This document shows positions 52,321 to 61,939 of a stretch of 64,000 bases of DNA, in pieces. The notes under the pieces are model-generated. The model searched no databases and was not told the origin of the DNA. It saw only the letters and a list, made by a program, of their open reading frames with translations. Numbering within the stretch: position 1 is the first letter of the stretch; each line of letters begins with the position of its first letter. Both the position numbers and the translations under genes were made by a program. The DNA comes from a bacterium (lineage in GTDB: Bacteria; UBA8248), in contig OZ241875.1 in NCBI GenBank assembly GCA_965203325.1, positions 4,290,702-4,354,701 on the forward strand, read 5' to 3'.

Positions 52321-53424
52321 TCAAAGCTCGAAACCGAGTTCGAGTTCCTCGTTCAGCCTTTGCATCTGCTCCAGAACGGCAGGGGTGATGGGCACGCCGA
52401 TGCGCCTGTTCTCCTCTTCGGCGATCGCCTCCGGTTCGCCGTGAATGTAGATGCGGTCGTGTCCCGGCGCCTTCTTCGCGCCCCGGATGGTCTCGAAGAG
52501 TTTTCCCATGTCGCCGAACATGGCGGATAAGTCCCTGAATCCCGACATCTTGATCGCGCCCATGAAGTGGCCCGTGGCGGATTTCGCCGTACCCGCAGCA
52601 CCCGCCATGCGGCTCTCCAGGCCCGCGCCCGAGAGCACGCCGCACAGAAGCTCGATCATGAGCTGGAGGCCATAGCCCTTGTGGCCGCCGTTCTCGTCAC
52701 CTTCGCCGCCCAGGGGCGCGAGCGGCACCTCGTAGTTCAGGATGCTCTTCTCGTTGAGCGTCGGCGTTCCCATCGAGGAGAGCACCCAGCCTTTGGGGAC
52801 TTCACGGCCTTCGCGCAGGGCCGTCTCGATTTTGCCCACGGCCGTCACGGCGGTGGCCATGTCGAGGTGAAAGTCCGTGCCGCCCGGTCCGCCGGGTATC
52901 GCCACGCTCATCGGGTTGGTGCCGAAAAGCGCCTCCCCCCCGAATGTGGGGGCGGTGCGGCGTCCGCCGTTCGTCATGCTGATGCCGATGAAGCCCGCCT
53001 CCATCGCCTTTTGGGCCCAATAGCCCGCGTAGCCGAAGTGGCTGCTGTTGCGCACGGTCACGAAGCCGGAACCGTGCCTTTCCGCCATGGCGAGAGCCTC
53101 GTCCATCGCGCGGTTTGAGGCGACGATGCCGATGGCGTCGTCCGCGTCGAGAAGGCCGGTGGTGTCGCTTCCTTTGTGGAACTTCATGTCGGGCCTATTG
53201 TTGAGCACGCCGTTTTCGAGGCGGACCATGAAAAACGTCAGCCGTGCGGCCCCGTGGCTGCGGATGCCTCTCAAATCGGCACTGACCAATACTTTCGCCA
53301 CGAGGCGGGCGTCGTCCTCGGGCACGTCCTTGCTGCGGAATATGGTGTAGACGAACTCTTCGATGACTTCTGCGGGAAAGCGCACCGTGCCTTCGGGCAG
53401 GGGACCGGACTCGACCATGAGCAT
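52321..53424 (-). CDS. Ldh2-family oxidoreductase, paralog C
   Basis: SADLRGIRSHGAARL and SSHFGYAGYWA match the Ldh_2 family; 367 aa. Confidence 0.8.
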   Translation of the reverse strand: MLMVESGPLPEGTVRFPAEVIEEFVYTIFRSKDVPEDDARLVAKVLVSADLRGIRSHGAARLTFFMVRLENGVLNNRPDMKFHKGSDTTGLLDADDAIGIVASNRAMDEALAMAERHGSGFVTVRNSSHFGYAGYWAQKAMEAGFIGISMTNGGRRTAPTFGGEALFGTNPMSVAIPGGPGGTDFHLDMATAVTAVGKIETALREGREVPKGWVLSSMGTPTLNEKSILNYEVPLAPLGGEGDENGGHKGYGLQLMIELLCGVLSGAGLESRMAGAAGTAKSATGHFMGAIKMSGFRDLSAMFGDMGKLFETIRGAKKAPGHDRIYIHGEPEAIAEEENRRIGVPITPAVLEQMQRLNEELELGFEL

Positions 53425-53589
53425 CTCCTAAGAAAATGTTGATTTGGCACTGCGAGAAAGTTGCGCCATCTTAGCCCGTCTTTGCGCTTTTCGGGAAGTC
53501 GCGCCGGGGTGCGGTTCGCCTTGCGGGTTGCGCTTTTGTTTTGTCAAAATGCGCTTCTTTTCGGGAATGCTGTCTGGAACAGGGGAGAG

Positions 53590-54645
53590 ATGAACGTGGC
53601 TCGCATAGCGGTGGTGCGCGGAGACGGAATAGCGAACGAGGTCATGCCCGAGGCGGAGGAGACGCTGCGGGCGGCGGCCGGGGCGGCCTCGTTTCCGGTG
53701 GAGTTCGAGTACTTCGACTGGGGGAGCGATCGGTATCTGGAACAGGGCAGGGGGATGCCCGAAGACGGCTGCGATACCCTTCGCGCAAGTTTCGACGCCG
53801 TGTTTCAAGGGGCCATCGGCGACCCGAGGGTTCCCGGTTCGATCGTGCAGGAGGAGGTGATTCTGGGGGTGCGCTTCGGGCTGGACTTATACGCCAACAT
53901 CCGGCCTTGCAGGCTCTACCATGAGGATTTGACGCCGCTCAAGAATAAAGGGGCGGGCGACATCGACCACGTCGTGGTGCGCGAGAACACCGAGGGCCTG
54001 TTCGTGAACGTGGGCGGGTTTTTCAAGCAGGGGACGAAAGACGAGGTTGCCCTGCAGGAAGAGGTTCATACCTACAAGGGGGTGGAGCGCGTCATCCGGG
54101 CGTCGTTCGAGTTCGCGAGGCGCCACAAGCGCAAAAAAGTCACCATGGCGGACAAGGCGAGCGGGCTTCGCTACGCAGGCGGAATATGGCGGCGCGTGTT
54201 CGACGAGGTGCGGGCGGATTTCGGGGATATCGAGTCCGAAGCCAAGCACATCGACGCGGTGGCGATGGAGGTGATTCAGCACCCGGCGGAATTCGACGTC
54301 ATCGTCACCAACAACATGTTCGGCGACATTATGAGCGATATCACCTCGGGTCTCGTGGGCGGGCTGGGCCTGGCGCCTTCCGCGAACGTGAATCTCGAGG
54401 GGGTCTCGATGTTCGAGCCGGTGCACGGCACAGCGCCCGACATCTACGGGCGCGGTATTGCCAACCCGATGGCGGCCATTTTGACGGGCGCTTTGTTGCT
54501 GGATCATCTGGGCTGCGGGGCGGGTGGAGCCTCTATCCGGCGCGCCGTGGAAGAGGCCATCGCGCACGGGGAGCGCACGGCGGACATCGGAGGGAGTTTG
54601 AGCACGAAAGAATGCGGTGATGCCGTGAGGAATAGATTGAGATAG
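53590..54645 (+). CDS. Isocitrate/isopropylmalate-dehydrogenase-family enzyme, tartrate/D-malate dehydrogenase-like
   Basis: IAVVRGDGIANEV..., RENTEGLF, NMFGDIMSD are signature motifs of the Iso_dh family. RBS AGGGGAGAGA before ATG 53590. Confidence 0.8.
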   Translation: MNVARIAVVRGDGIANEVMPEAEETLRAAAGAASFPVEFEYFDWGSDRYLEQGRGMPEDGCDTLRASFDAVFQGAIGDPRVPGSIVQEEVILGVRFGLDLYANIRPCRLYHEDLTPLKNKGAGDIDHVVVRENTEGLFVNVGGFFKQGTKDEVALQEEVHTYKGVERVIRASFEFARRHKRKKVTMADKASGLRYAGGIWRRVFDEVRADFGDIESEAKHIDAVAMEVIQHPAEFDVIVTNNMFGDIMSDITSGLVGGLGLAPSANVNLEGVSMFEPVHGTAPDIYGRGIANPMAAILTGALLLDHLGCGAGGASIRRAVEEAIAHGERTADIGGSLSTKECGDAVRNRLR

Positions 54646-54689
54646 AAATACTTACATGGAATTATTCAAGTAGAATATAGGAGATGAAA

Positions 54690-55049
54690 ATGCCGGAGAA
54701 ATCAGTAGTGGACGTTCAGAAAGCGGCCTTCAAACCCGTGGATTGGGGGCAGACGAAAATTCTGGTCAGCCCGACCGTGAACGGCTCCGAACACGTGCGC
54801 GTGGGGCTCACCGAGTACGACCCGGCGACTCCGCATGAGCCGCACGCGCACCCCGGGCAGGAGGAAGTCATCTGGGTGCTGAGCGGGCGAGGCTATACGG
54901 AGACGCACGGCGAGAAAATCGACCTCTACCCGGGGGCGGTGGCGTTTATCCCCGCGGGGATGGAGCACAAGACGGCAGCCGTGGGTGAGAAGATGCAGGC
55001 CATCATCATCAAGGGACCGGTTCGCGACGCTGACGGGGTGTTGAGTTAG
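54690..55049 (+). CDS. Cupin-domain protein
   Basis: HAHPGQEEVIWVLSGRG...AFIPAGMEH gives the two-His cupin motifs. AGGAG RBS lies 7 nt before ATG 54690. Confidence 0.65.
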   Translation: MPEKSVVDVQKAAFKPVDWGQTKILVSPTVNGSEHVRVGLTEYDPATPHEPHAHPGQEEVIWVLSGRGYTETHGEKIDLYPGAVAFIPAGMEHKTAAVGEKMQAIIIKGPVRDADGVLS

Positions 55050-55131
55050 GAGAATCCCGGAAAACCGGGTTTCGTGTGGGTCGGTCGATTTGGAGCAGGT
55101 GAGAGTGGTGTGTCCTTGAAGTAATGGCGTT

Positions 55132-56178
55132 TTATGGCGCGGATATCAAAACCCGCTCGCCTTGAACTTCCAGTTTCGTTCCGAAGGGCTCGTTAAGAGC
55201 TTCCATGACGCCCGTGATTCGGCGGCCCTCGCCCCGATTTGAGGAATGGAGCCTGGGCTTGGAGAATACACCGGCCGTCACGGGGATCAGGTAGGGTTCT
55301 CTCACTCCATTTTTGGTCAGCGCGCACCCGAAAAGGAAGGTGTCGTGCGTTTCGTCGGTGAAGAAGGGGATATCGAAGTCGAAAATCAGGTTCCCCATGC
55401 TGTAGACGATGGGCGCGCCCTTGTGGAATTCGATAGCCTGGAGAACGTGCGGGTGGCCGCCCAAGACGAGATCGGCGCCCGCGTCGACGCTCGCGTGGGC
55501 GATTTCGCGCTCAAAGTCCATTACCTCGTGCGTCATGCTGGTGCCCCAGTGGTGGTTTACAACTACACAATCTGCTTTTTTCTTCAAATTCCTGATGTCG
55601 CGCTTCATGCGCGCGAGATGGGCGGGTTCCGCCCAGGTGTCGATCCGGGGCGGGGTGCCCGGATATTCGGAGAGGTCACGCCAGGGGCGATAGGCCGTGT
55701 GGGCGCGTATGGGGTTCACGCCGGGATCACCCGCTGTGGCCTCGAAACCCCTCGGAATGACGGAGCAATACGCAAGAAAACCTATCGTCAGATTTCCGCG
55801 TTCGATGAGAACCGGCTTTCTGGCCTGCGCGAGATTCATGCCGCCGCCCACGAGCGCAACGCCCAGAGAATCCATGAGCGACATGGTTTCCGCAAAGGCG
55901 TCTTCCCCGTAATCGAGCACGTGGTTGTTCGCAAAGGCCATGACGTCGAAGCCCGCCTCGGTGAGGGCGCCTGCCATTTCCGGCGCGCCGCGCAGAAGGA
56001 TTTTCTCGGGCGCGGGTTTTCCGTCGTGAGAAAGGGGTAGTTCCAGGTTGGCGAAAGAGACGTCCGCTTCCCTGAGCAGGGGAATCAGCCTTCCGAAAGC
56101 GCCTTTCGCCTCCGGGCGGTTGATGGCGATGTCTCCTCCCGCCAGTAGTCTGGGGCTATCTTTAGCGCGGGGAGGCAT
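55132..56178 (-). CDS. CapA-family metallophosphoesterase (poly-gamma-glutamate CapA-like)
   Basis: FANLELPLS, ANNHVLDYG, GGHPHV motifs match the PGA_cap/CapA family. Confidence 0.75.
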   Translation of the reverse strand: MPPRAKDSPRLLAGGDIAINRPEAKGAFGRLIPLLREADVSFANLELPLSHDGKPAPEKILLRGAPEMAGALTEAGFDVMAFANNHVLDYGEDAFAETMSLMDSLGVALVGGGMNLAQARKPVLIERGNLTIGFLAYCSVIPRGFEATAGDPGVNPIRAHTAYRPWRDLSEYPGTPPRIDTWAEPAHLARMKRDIRNLKKKADCVVVNHHWGTSMTHEVMDFEREIAHASVDAGADLVLGGHPHVLQAIEFHKGAPIVYSMGNLIFDFDIPFFTDETHDTFLFGCALTKNGVREPYLIPVTAGVFSKPRLHSSNRGEGRRITGVMEALNEPFGTKLEVQGERVLISAP

Positions 56179-56182
56179 GGGG

Positions 56183-57280
56183 CTATTCGGTGAGACAAAG
56201 ACCGTGGTCGGGCGTGAAGGAGAGATACACCTTCTGGCCGGTGTCCAGTTCCTCGAAGTGGTCGATTTGCACGCCCACCTCGTGCGGGCCGACCTGGACC
56301 TGGCAGTCGAGGAAGTTGCCCAGATACACGGTGTCGATCACTTCGCCTTCGATGAGGTTCATCGTCTCGGCCGGTTTCTCGAGGTGCAGCAGGATGTCCT
56401 CCGGACGGATGCTCAGGATGATTTTCGCCCCTACGGGCGCTCCCTCCGCGCCGGTGGCCCTGAGGCGGATGGGGGCGCTGCCGTCGCCCAGGGGGATTTC
56501 CAGGTCCGTCAGTTCCCCGTCGTGGCCGAGCAGCTTGCCTTCCATAAGGTTGGCCACGCCGATGAAATTCGCCACGAACGCGTTCGTGGGTTCGGCGTAG
56601 ATGCTTTCGGGATCGCCGATTTGCTGAATCACGCCCTTGTCCATCACCACGACCCTGTCGCTCATGACGAGCGCTTCGGTCTGATCGTGCGTGACGTAGA
56701 TCGAGGTGATGCCCACGTCGTGCTGCAGGCGGGTGAGTTCGATGCGCATCTGCTCGCGCAGCTTGGCGTCGAGGTTGCTCAGGGGTTCGTCGAAGAGCAC
56801 GACCTTGGGGTTGTAGACGATGGCGCGGGCGAGGGCGACGCGCTGGCGCTGCCCGCCGGAGAGCTTGGTGGCGTATCGCTCGGCGAGATGGCCCAGACCC
56901 ACGAGGTCGAGCGCCTTCGTCGTTTTCTCCTTGATAGCGGCCCTGGTTTCGCGCCGGATCCTCAGGCCATAGGCCACGTTGTCGAAGACCGTCATGTGCG
57001 GCCAGACGGCGTAGCTCTGGAACACCATGCCCAGGTTTCTCTCTTCGGGCGTCAGAAAGACCTCGTTCGCCACGGAGGTGACGTAGTCGCCCTCGATTTG
57101 GATGTCGCCGCTGTCGGGATGTTCGAGGCCGGCGATGCACCTGAGCGTCGTGGTTTTGCCGCAGCCCGAAGGCCCCAGCAGGGTGACGAACTCACCCTGT
57201 TCGACGGAGAGGTCGACTCCCGCCACGGCCACTTCGGGCCCGAATGATTTAACCAGTTTTGAGATTTCGACGAATGACAC
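56183..57280 (-). CDS. ABC importer ATPase (PotA/FbpC/MalK type with C-terminal TOBE-like domain), copy 1
   Basis: GPSGCGKTT, LSGGQRQRVALARA, VLFDEPLSNLD, HDQTEA; 365 aa. Confidence 0.9.
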   Translation of the reverse strand: MSFVEISKLVKSFGPEVAVAGVDLSVEQGEFVTLLGPSGCGKTTTLRCIAGLEHPDSGDIQIEGDYVTSVANEVFLTPEERNLGMVFQSYAVWPHMTVFDNVAYGLRIRRETRAAIKEKTTKALDLVGLGHLAERYATKLSGGQRQRVALARAIVYNPKVVLFDEPLSNLDAKLREQMRIELTRLQHDVGITSIYVTHDQTEALVMSDRVVVMDKGVIQQIGDPESIYAEPTNAFVANFIGVANLMEGKLLGHDGELTDLEIPLGDGSAPIRLRATGAEGAPVGAKIILSIRPEDILLHLEKPAETMNLIEGEVIDTVYLGNFLDCQVQVGPHEVGVQIDHFEELDTGQKVYLSFTPDHGLCLTE

Positions 57281-57292
57281 TCTGTTTATCCT

Positions 57293-58390
57293 CTAGGGTC
57301 TGACGGCCAGCGTATGGTCGGGGTCGAGGCGCACGTACACCTTTTCGCCCACGCGCAGGCGCTCTCTCGAATGCGCCAACACCTTCCACTCGAATTCTCC
57401 CCACTTCACGCGGCAGTCGAGGCAGTTGCCCAGAAAGACGGACTGAATCACCTCGCCCTCGATCCTGGGGCCGTCCATGGGCTCGCGCGATGCGTCCACG
57501 TTCTCGGGGCGAACGGAGAGATAGGCCTCGTCGCCCTCCGAGAGGCCGTCGGCGAGCAGGCAGGGGAGTTGCACGTTGTCATCGCCCTGGGAGATTTCGA
57601 TGGTACCGGCGCCCCCGCCGCCGTTTCCGACGATGCGGCCTTCGGTCAGGTTCGCCACGCCGATGAAATTGCTCACGAACTTGTTGACGGGCCGCGCGTA
57701 GATGTTATGGGGGCCGCCGGTTTGTTCGATGTGTCCCTTGCTCATCACAATAATCTCATCGCTCATCACGAGGGCTTCCGCCTGGTCGTGCGTCACGTAG
57801 ATCGAGGTGATGCCGATTTCGTGCTGGATACGCTTGAGTTCGACGCGCATCTGCTCCCTGAGTTTCAGGTCCAGGTTGCTGAGCGGCTCGTCGAAGAGCA
57901 GAAGGCGCGGCCGGAAGACCATCGCGCGCGCGAGGGCCGCCCTTTGCTGCTGGCCGCCCGAGAGCTGCGTGGCGTTTTTGTCCGCCATGTCGGTGAGGCC
58001 GACGATCTTGAGCGCCTCGGCGACGCGATCGTCGATCTCGGATTGCGCCATGTTGCGTATCTCGAGCGGGTAGGCCACGTTCTGGGTCACGTCCATGTGC
58101 GGCCAGATGGCGTAGCTTTGGAACACCATGCCGATGTTGCGCTTCTCCGGCGCGGTGTTGACGCGTTTTTCTATCGAGGTGACCGGTTCCGAACCGATGC
58201 GAATCTCGCCCGCATCCGGTTTGTGGAGGCCGGCGATGCACATGAGCGTCGTGGTCTTCCCGCAGCCCGAGGGACCGAGCAGGGTGAGGAATTTCCCCTC
58301 CGGAATGCCGAAGGAAATGCCGTCCACGGCGCGGTCGTCGCCGAAGTATTTGACGAGATGGTCGACCTGGAGATAGTTGTTTTCGCTCAT
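57293..58390 (-). CDS. ABC importer ATPase (PotA/FbpC type), copy 2 (close paralog of copy 1)
   Basis: Same motifs. Long identical blocks with copy 1 (LTLLGPSGCGKTTTL.CIAGL, GMVFQSYA.WPHM, REQMR.EL.R.QH..GITSIYVTHDQ.EALVMSD). Confidence 0.9.
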   Translation of the reverse strand: MSENNYLQVDHLVKYFGDDRAVDGISFGIPEGKFLTLLGPSGCGKTTTLMCIAGLHKPDAGEIRIGSEPVTSIEKRVNTAPEKRNIGMVFQSYAIWPHMDVTQNVAYPLEIRNMAQSEIDDRVAEALKIVGLTDMADKNATQLSGGQQQRAALARAMVFRPRLLLFDEPLSNLDLKLREQMRVELKRIQHEIGITSIYVTHDQAEALVMSDEIIVMSKGHIEQTGGPHNIYARPVNKFVSNFIGVANLTEGRIVGNGGGGAGTIEISQGDDNVQLPCLLADGLSEGDEAYLSVRPENVDASREPMDGPRIEGEVIQSVFLGNCLDCRVKWGEFEWKVLAHSRERLRVGEKVYVRLDPDHTLAVRP

Positions 58391-58394
58391 CGTC

Positions 58395-60143
58395 TTATGC
58401 TGTCAGCGCCTCTTTGCCGGCGACTTTCCTGAAGAGCACGACGCAGATCAGCAGCGCGACCGTCTGCGCGATGGAAAGGGCCGACGTCATGGGTTCGTTC
58501 TCGAAGTTCGAGAGATAATACACACCGACGGAGAGCGTCTCCGTTCCGGCGGAATACAGTATGATGGAGATGGAGAGTTCCCTTAAGAAAATGACGAACA
58601 GCAGAATCCACCCGGCGAAGATGCCCGGTTTGAGCAGCGGGATGGTGATTCTCCTGAGCGTTGTGAGCCACGTAGCCCCAGCCATGCGAGAACTCTGGTC
58701 GAGTTCCTCGGATACGGCCATCATGATGGAGGAGATGTTCCGCTGCCCGTAGGGGAAAAAGCGCGTGATGTAGCCGAGCAGCAGAATCCACAGCGTGGCG
58801 TAGATGGGTGTCCTGATGTAGGTGACGAGAACGCCCATCGCCAGCACGATGCCGGGGAAGCCGATGGGAATCACGCTCAGGAAATCGAGCACCCGCGCGC
58901 CGTAGCCCTTGGTGCGGTGGATCATGTAGCTCACGATGATGGCCACCACCATGGCGATGGAGGCGCCGCCGAACGCGAGGATGAAGCTGTTGATGATGCC
59001 GTTGGTGGCCGCCTGGATGCTCTCGGGCCACCAGAAGAAGAGCACCTTCTGGTAGTTCCAGAACGTGAGTTCCGACCAGATGATCCTCCCCGACCATATC
59101 TTGTGCAGGCTCACGAAGAAAAGGCAGATGGTGGGGAAAACCACGGCGACGCACACGTATAATACGTTGTATCCGAATGCGAGCCACCGCCATCCGCCCA
59201 GGTCGATGAGATTCGGCCGGAAGCCCTTGCCGGTCACCGTCGTATAGGAACGCGGCGCGATGATTCTGTGCTGAACCCAGATGAAAAACGCCGTCACCAC
59301 GCCCACCACCATGCTCATCGCGGCGCCGAGGTAGTGGTTCGCGTCGTCTCCCACCGCTTTCGTGAATATCTGCGTCGTCAGCGTCTCCCAGCCGAAGGGT
59401 GCGGAGAGTTTGAAGGGGACGCCGAACTCCCCTGCCGTCGTCACGAACACGATGATGGCGCCCGAGAGAATCGCGGGCGTCACTAGGGGCAGTGTGATGG
59501 TAAATGTGGTTCGCAAGAGGCCCGCTCCCGTCGTGCGCGCGCTGTCTTCCAGCGATGGGTCCATGCGCCTGAGCGAGCCCACCACGAACAGGTAGACGAG
59601 GGGGGCGAAGAAAATGCCCGTCACCCAGATGACGCCCCACAGGTTGTTGACGTTGAACAGCGGGAAAGAAATGCCAAATACGGATTTCGCCATGTTGTTC
59701 AGCAGGCCGACTTTCGGGGAGGCCAGATTGTGCCAGGCGATGGCGCCCACGAAAGGACTCAGGAAGAAGGGGATGAGGTTGAAGGGTTCGAGTTGCTCCC
59801 GGAACGGGCAGTTGGTTCTTGCGTTGATCCACGCGAGCGAAACGCCGAGCAACGTAGCCAGAATGGTGCAGCCCGTGCTGATGATGGCGGTATTGATGAG
59901 GGCTTTTCTGATGACGCGGCCCTGGAATACCTCCCTGTAGTTCTGAAGCCCCCACTCGGTGTCGAACCCCAGGTCGTCGAGCACCAGAAAGCTGTTGATG
60001 ACGAGCGCGACCAGCGGCACGATGACCGCCACCGCCACGATGAGGCCGACGATGGTCGTGATGATGTTTTCCTGCGTGAACCAGGTGCGCCAGCCGCGCG
60101 GTGGAGCGACGTCGATTTGGGGTGCTGCGGTATCCGTAGCCAT
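58395..60143 (-). CDS. Fused double-domain ABC permease (FbpB/ThiP-like, two MetI-type domains)
   Basis: 582 aa, ~12 TM, two EAA-like loop regions. The size is typical of iron(III)/thiamine-type fused permeases. Confidence 0.85.
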   Translation of the reverse strand: MATDTAAPQIDVAPPRGWRTWFTQENIITTIVGLIVAVAVIVPLVALVINSFLVLDDLGFDTEWGLQNYREVFQGRVIRKALINTAIISTGCTILATLLGVSLAWINARTNCPFREQLEPFNLIPFFLSPFVGAIAWHNLASPKVGLLNNMAKSVFGISFPLFNVNNLWGVIWVTGIFFAPLVYLFVVGSLRRMDPSLEDSARTTGAGLLRTTFTITLPLVTPAILSGAIIVFVTTAGEFGVPFKLSAPFGWETLTTQIFTKAVGDDANHYLGAAMSMVVGVVTAFFIWVQHRIIAPRSYTTVTGKGFRPNLIDLGGWRWLAFGYNVLYVCVAVVFPTICLFFVSLHKIWSGRIIWSELTFWNYQKVLFFWWPESIQAATNGIINSFILAFGGASIAMVVAIIVSYMIHRTKGYGARVLDFLSVIPIGFPGIVLAMGVLVTYIRTPIYATLWILLLGYITRFFPYGQRNISSIMMAVSEELDQSSRMAGATWLTTLRRITIPLLKPGIFAGWILLFVIFLRELSISIILYSAGTETLSVGVYYLSNFENEPMTSALSIAQTVALLICVVLFRKVAGKEALTA

Positions 60144-60404
60144 AATGTTATTGATGCAACCTTTCCTGCGAACGCAAGTCTTTTCGGGAATACGAACAAA
60201 AGAATATAAAGAAGGTCGTTTTCAAAAGCAACACGCCCCGCGATCCGTCACGTAGATTCGCAGGGGAGTTCGTCTTCTGAAAAATGCTCACTGCGCGTTA
60301 CATCGCGAAGGCTCTGCCACGCCGGCGACGGCATAGCGATTCCGGCCAAGCTCTCGCGGCGTAACGCGCCGCTGATGTTCTTGGTTCGTTGCTTCATGCA
60401 AGAA

Positions 60405-60433
60405 GGGTGGGAGTCCAAAAAGGACTCCCACCC
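60405..60433 (-). promoter_or_regulatory. Perfect 12-bp stem-loop GGGTGGGAGTCC-aaaaa-GGACTCCCACCC between binding-protein and permease genes
   Basis: Seen directly. On the minus strand it lies 27 nt after the binding-protein stop and is followed by TTCTTGC. Candidate partial terminator/attenuator. Confidence 0.45.
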
Positions 60434-60459
60434 TATCGAGCAACAATTAATAAAGCGTC

Positions 60460-61581
60460 CTACTTGAAGCGCTTGATGAATTCGGCGCGTGTCGCCTTGA
60501 ACTTCTTCTGCGCTGCCACCCAGTCCTTGAGACCCAGCAGCTTGTGCTTGCTCAGGTCGAGAAGATAGGGAGCCACAGCCTTGGGCGGCTTGTAGCCGGC
60601 GCGGAAGCTGTAGACGGCCTCGCCTTCCACGTATACGTCGGTGCCCTCTTTGGTGAGGAGGAATTCAACCAGCAGTTTGGCCGCGTTGGGATTCGGCGCG
60701 CCTTTAAGAGCGACCGCCTGGTTGCCCAGCATGACCTGGCCTTCTTTGTAGTAGCCGGTCCTGAGGACTTTGGCGAGGTCGGGTTTCTTGAGGACGTTCT
60801 GATACACACGGCCCGTAATGTTCCAGGGGTCGAGGCCGCGCTCGCAGTTGATGAGCACCTGCATCTTGGGCTCTGTGCGGAACATGACGACGGGCTTCGT
60901 GGCTTTCAGGGCGTCCCAGTACTTGTTCATGTCCATGCCGTTTTCGATGAGCGAGATGACGGTGTTGGTGTAGGTGAAGCTCTTGGTGATGTCGCCGGCG
61001 ATGGTCTGACCCATCACCTTTTTGGAGATCGTGTCGGCGTAGGACGTGACGTTGAGGTCCTTCATGCCCTTGCAGGCGGTGTTCCACACCGGCTGGAAGG
61101 TGTAGGCCAGAGGGGTCACGACGTAGGGGTAGTTCGCGTACTGGCCGGCTTTCTTGATCACATCCGCGAAGTTTTTGTTCCACTCGGCGCTGTCGAGCTT
61201 CTGGAATGCGCCGCGCTTATGGGCCGCTGCGAAGAAGCCGGGCGCGCTCACTACGTGGACGTCGACGGTGAATTTGTTGGCCTTGATCTCCTGGGTCACC
61301 TGGGCGACGGTGGAGCCGGTGCCCTTGCGCAGGTTGCGGAACTTGAAGCCGTCGCCCAAGCCGTAATACTTGGCGAAGGCCGGGCCCATGCGCTTGGCCG
61401 TGCGGTCGCTGAACAGCGGGTTGATGATGGTGACGGCGCCCTCTTTTTTGGCCGCGCGTACGAGTTCTTTCTGGTTTTTCATCATCGCTTCGGATACGAG
61501 CACGCCCGATGCGAAGACGGCCAGAGCCGCGACGGCGGCAACGAAGTAACGGATACGGGATTTCATCGAAAATCTCCTCAT
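60460..61581 (-). CDS. ABC transporter periplasmic substrate-binding protein (family 1; iron(III)/thiamine/polyamine type)
   Basis: Signal peptide (VAAVAALAVFASG), 373 aa. First gene of a binding protein-permease-ATPase-ATPase operon. Confidence 0.8.
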   Translation of the reverse strand: MRRFSMKSRIRYFVAAVAALAVFASGVLVSEAMMKNQKELVRAAKKEGAVTIINPLFSDRTAKRMGPAFAKYYGLGDGFKFRNLRKGTGSTVAQVTQEIKANKFTVDVHVVSAPGFFAAAHKRGAFQKLDSAEWNKNFADVIKKAGQYANYPYVVTPLAYTFQPVWNTACKGMKDLNVTSYADTISKKVMGQTIAGDITKSFTYTNTVISLIENGMDMNKYWDALKATKPVVMFRTEPKMQVLINCERGLDPWNITGRVYQNVLKKPDLAKVLRTGYYKEGQVMLGNQAVALKGAPNPNAAKLLVEFLLTKEGTDVYVEGEAVYSFRAGYKPPKAVAPYLLDLSKHKLLGLKDWVAAQKKFKATRAEFIKRFK

Positions 61582-61939
61582 GCTGGGATAGAGTGGAGGC
61601 CAAGCCCCCGGTTAATTTAAAAAGATTCGCTTAATTCGCATTCACCAGCAAACTCTCAGAAAGTAAAGAAAACGACGCAATAACCGCTTGCTTTGTTTAC
61701 TGTCTGCGAATTTTTGTGTTAGGGAAGATAGCAGATTCACAATGTCTGTCAAATGCCGTTTTTTGTTCCGGCAGGCGAAAACCCGTGTCGATTATTCGCA
61801 CATCCCGGTCAAGAGGCGAGGGAAGGGAAGCGCCTTACCCGCAACTGGCGCGGGCAAGAGTACTCCGGCGCTTCATCGAGCCGCGTCCCCGTATGGTTTT
61901 CCATCGCAGGTTGGGATTTCGAGAGAGGATTTTTTGAAC

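Noticed and set aside
61582-61760. Thiamine-pyrophosphate riboswitch upstream of the minus-strand binding-protein gene (fused permease suggested a thiBPQ-like system)
   Set aside because: The reverse complement contains a CTGAGA-like stretch but lacks the conserved GGGG...CCTGATCYGGNTAATACCNGCG core of TPP riboswitches.
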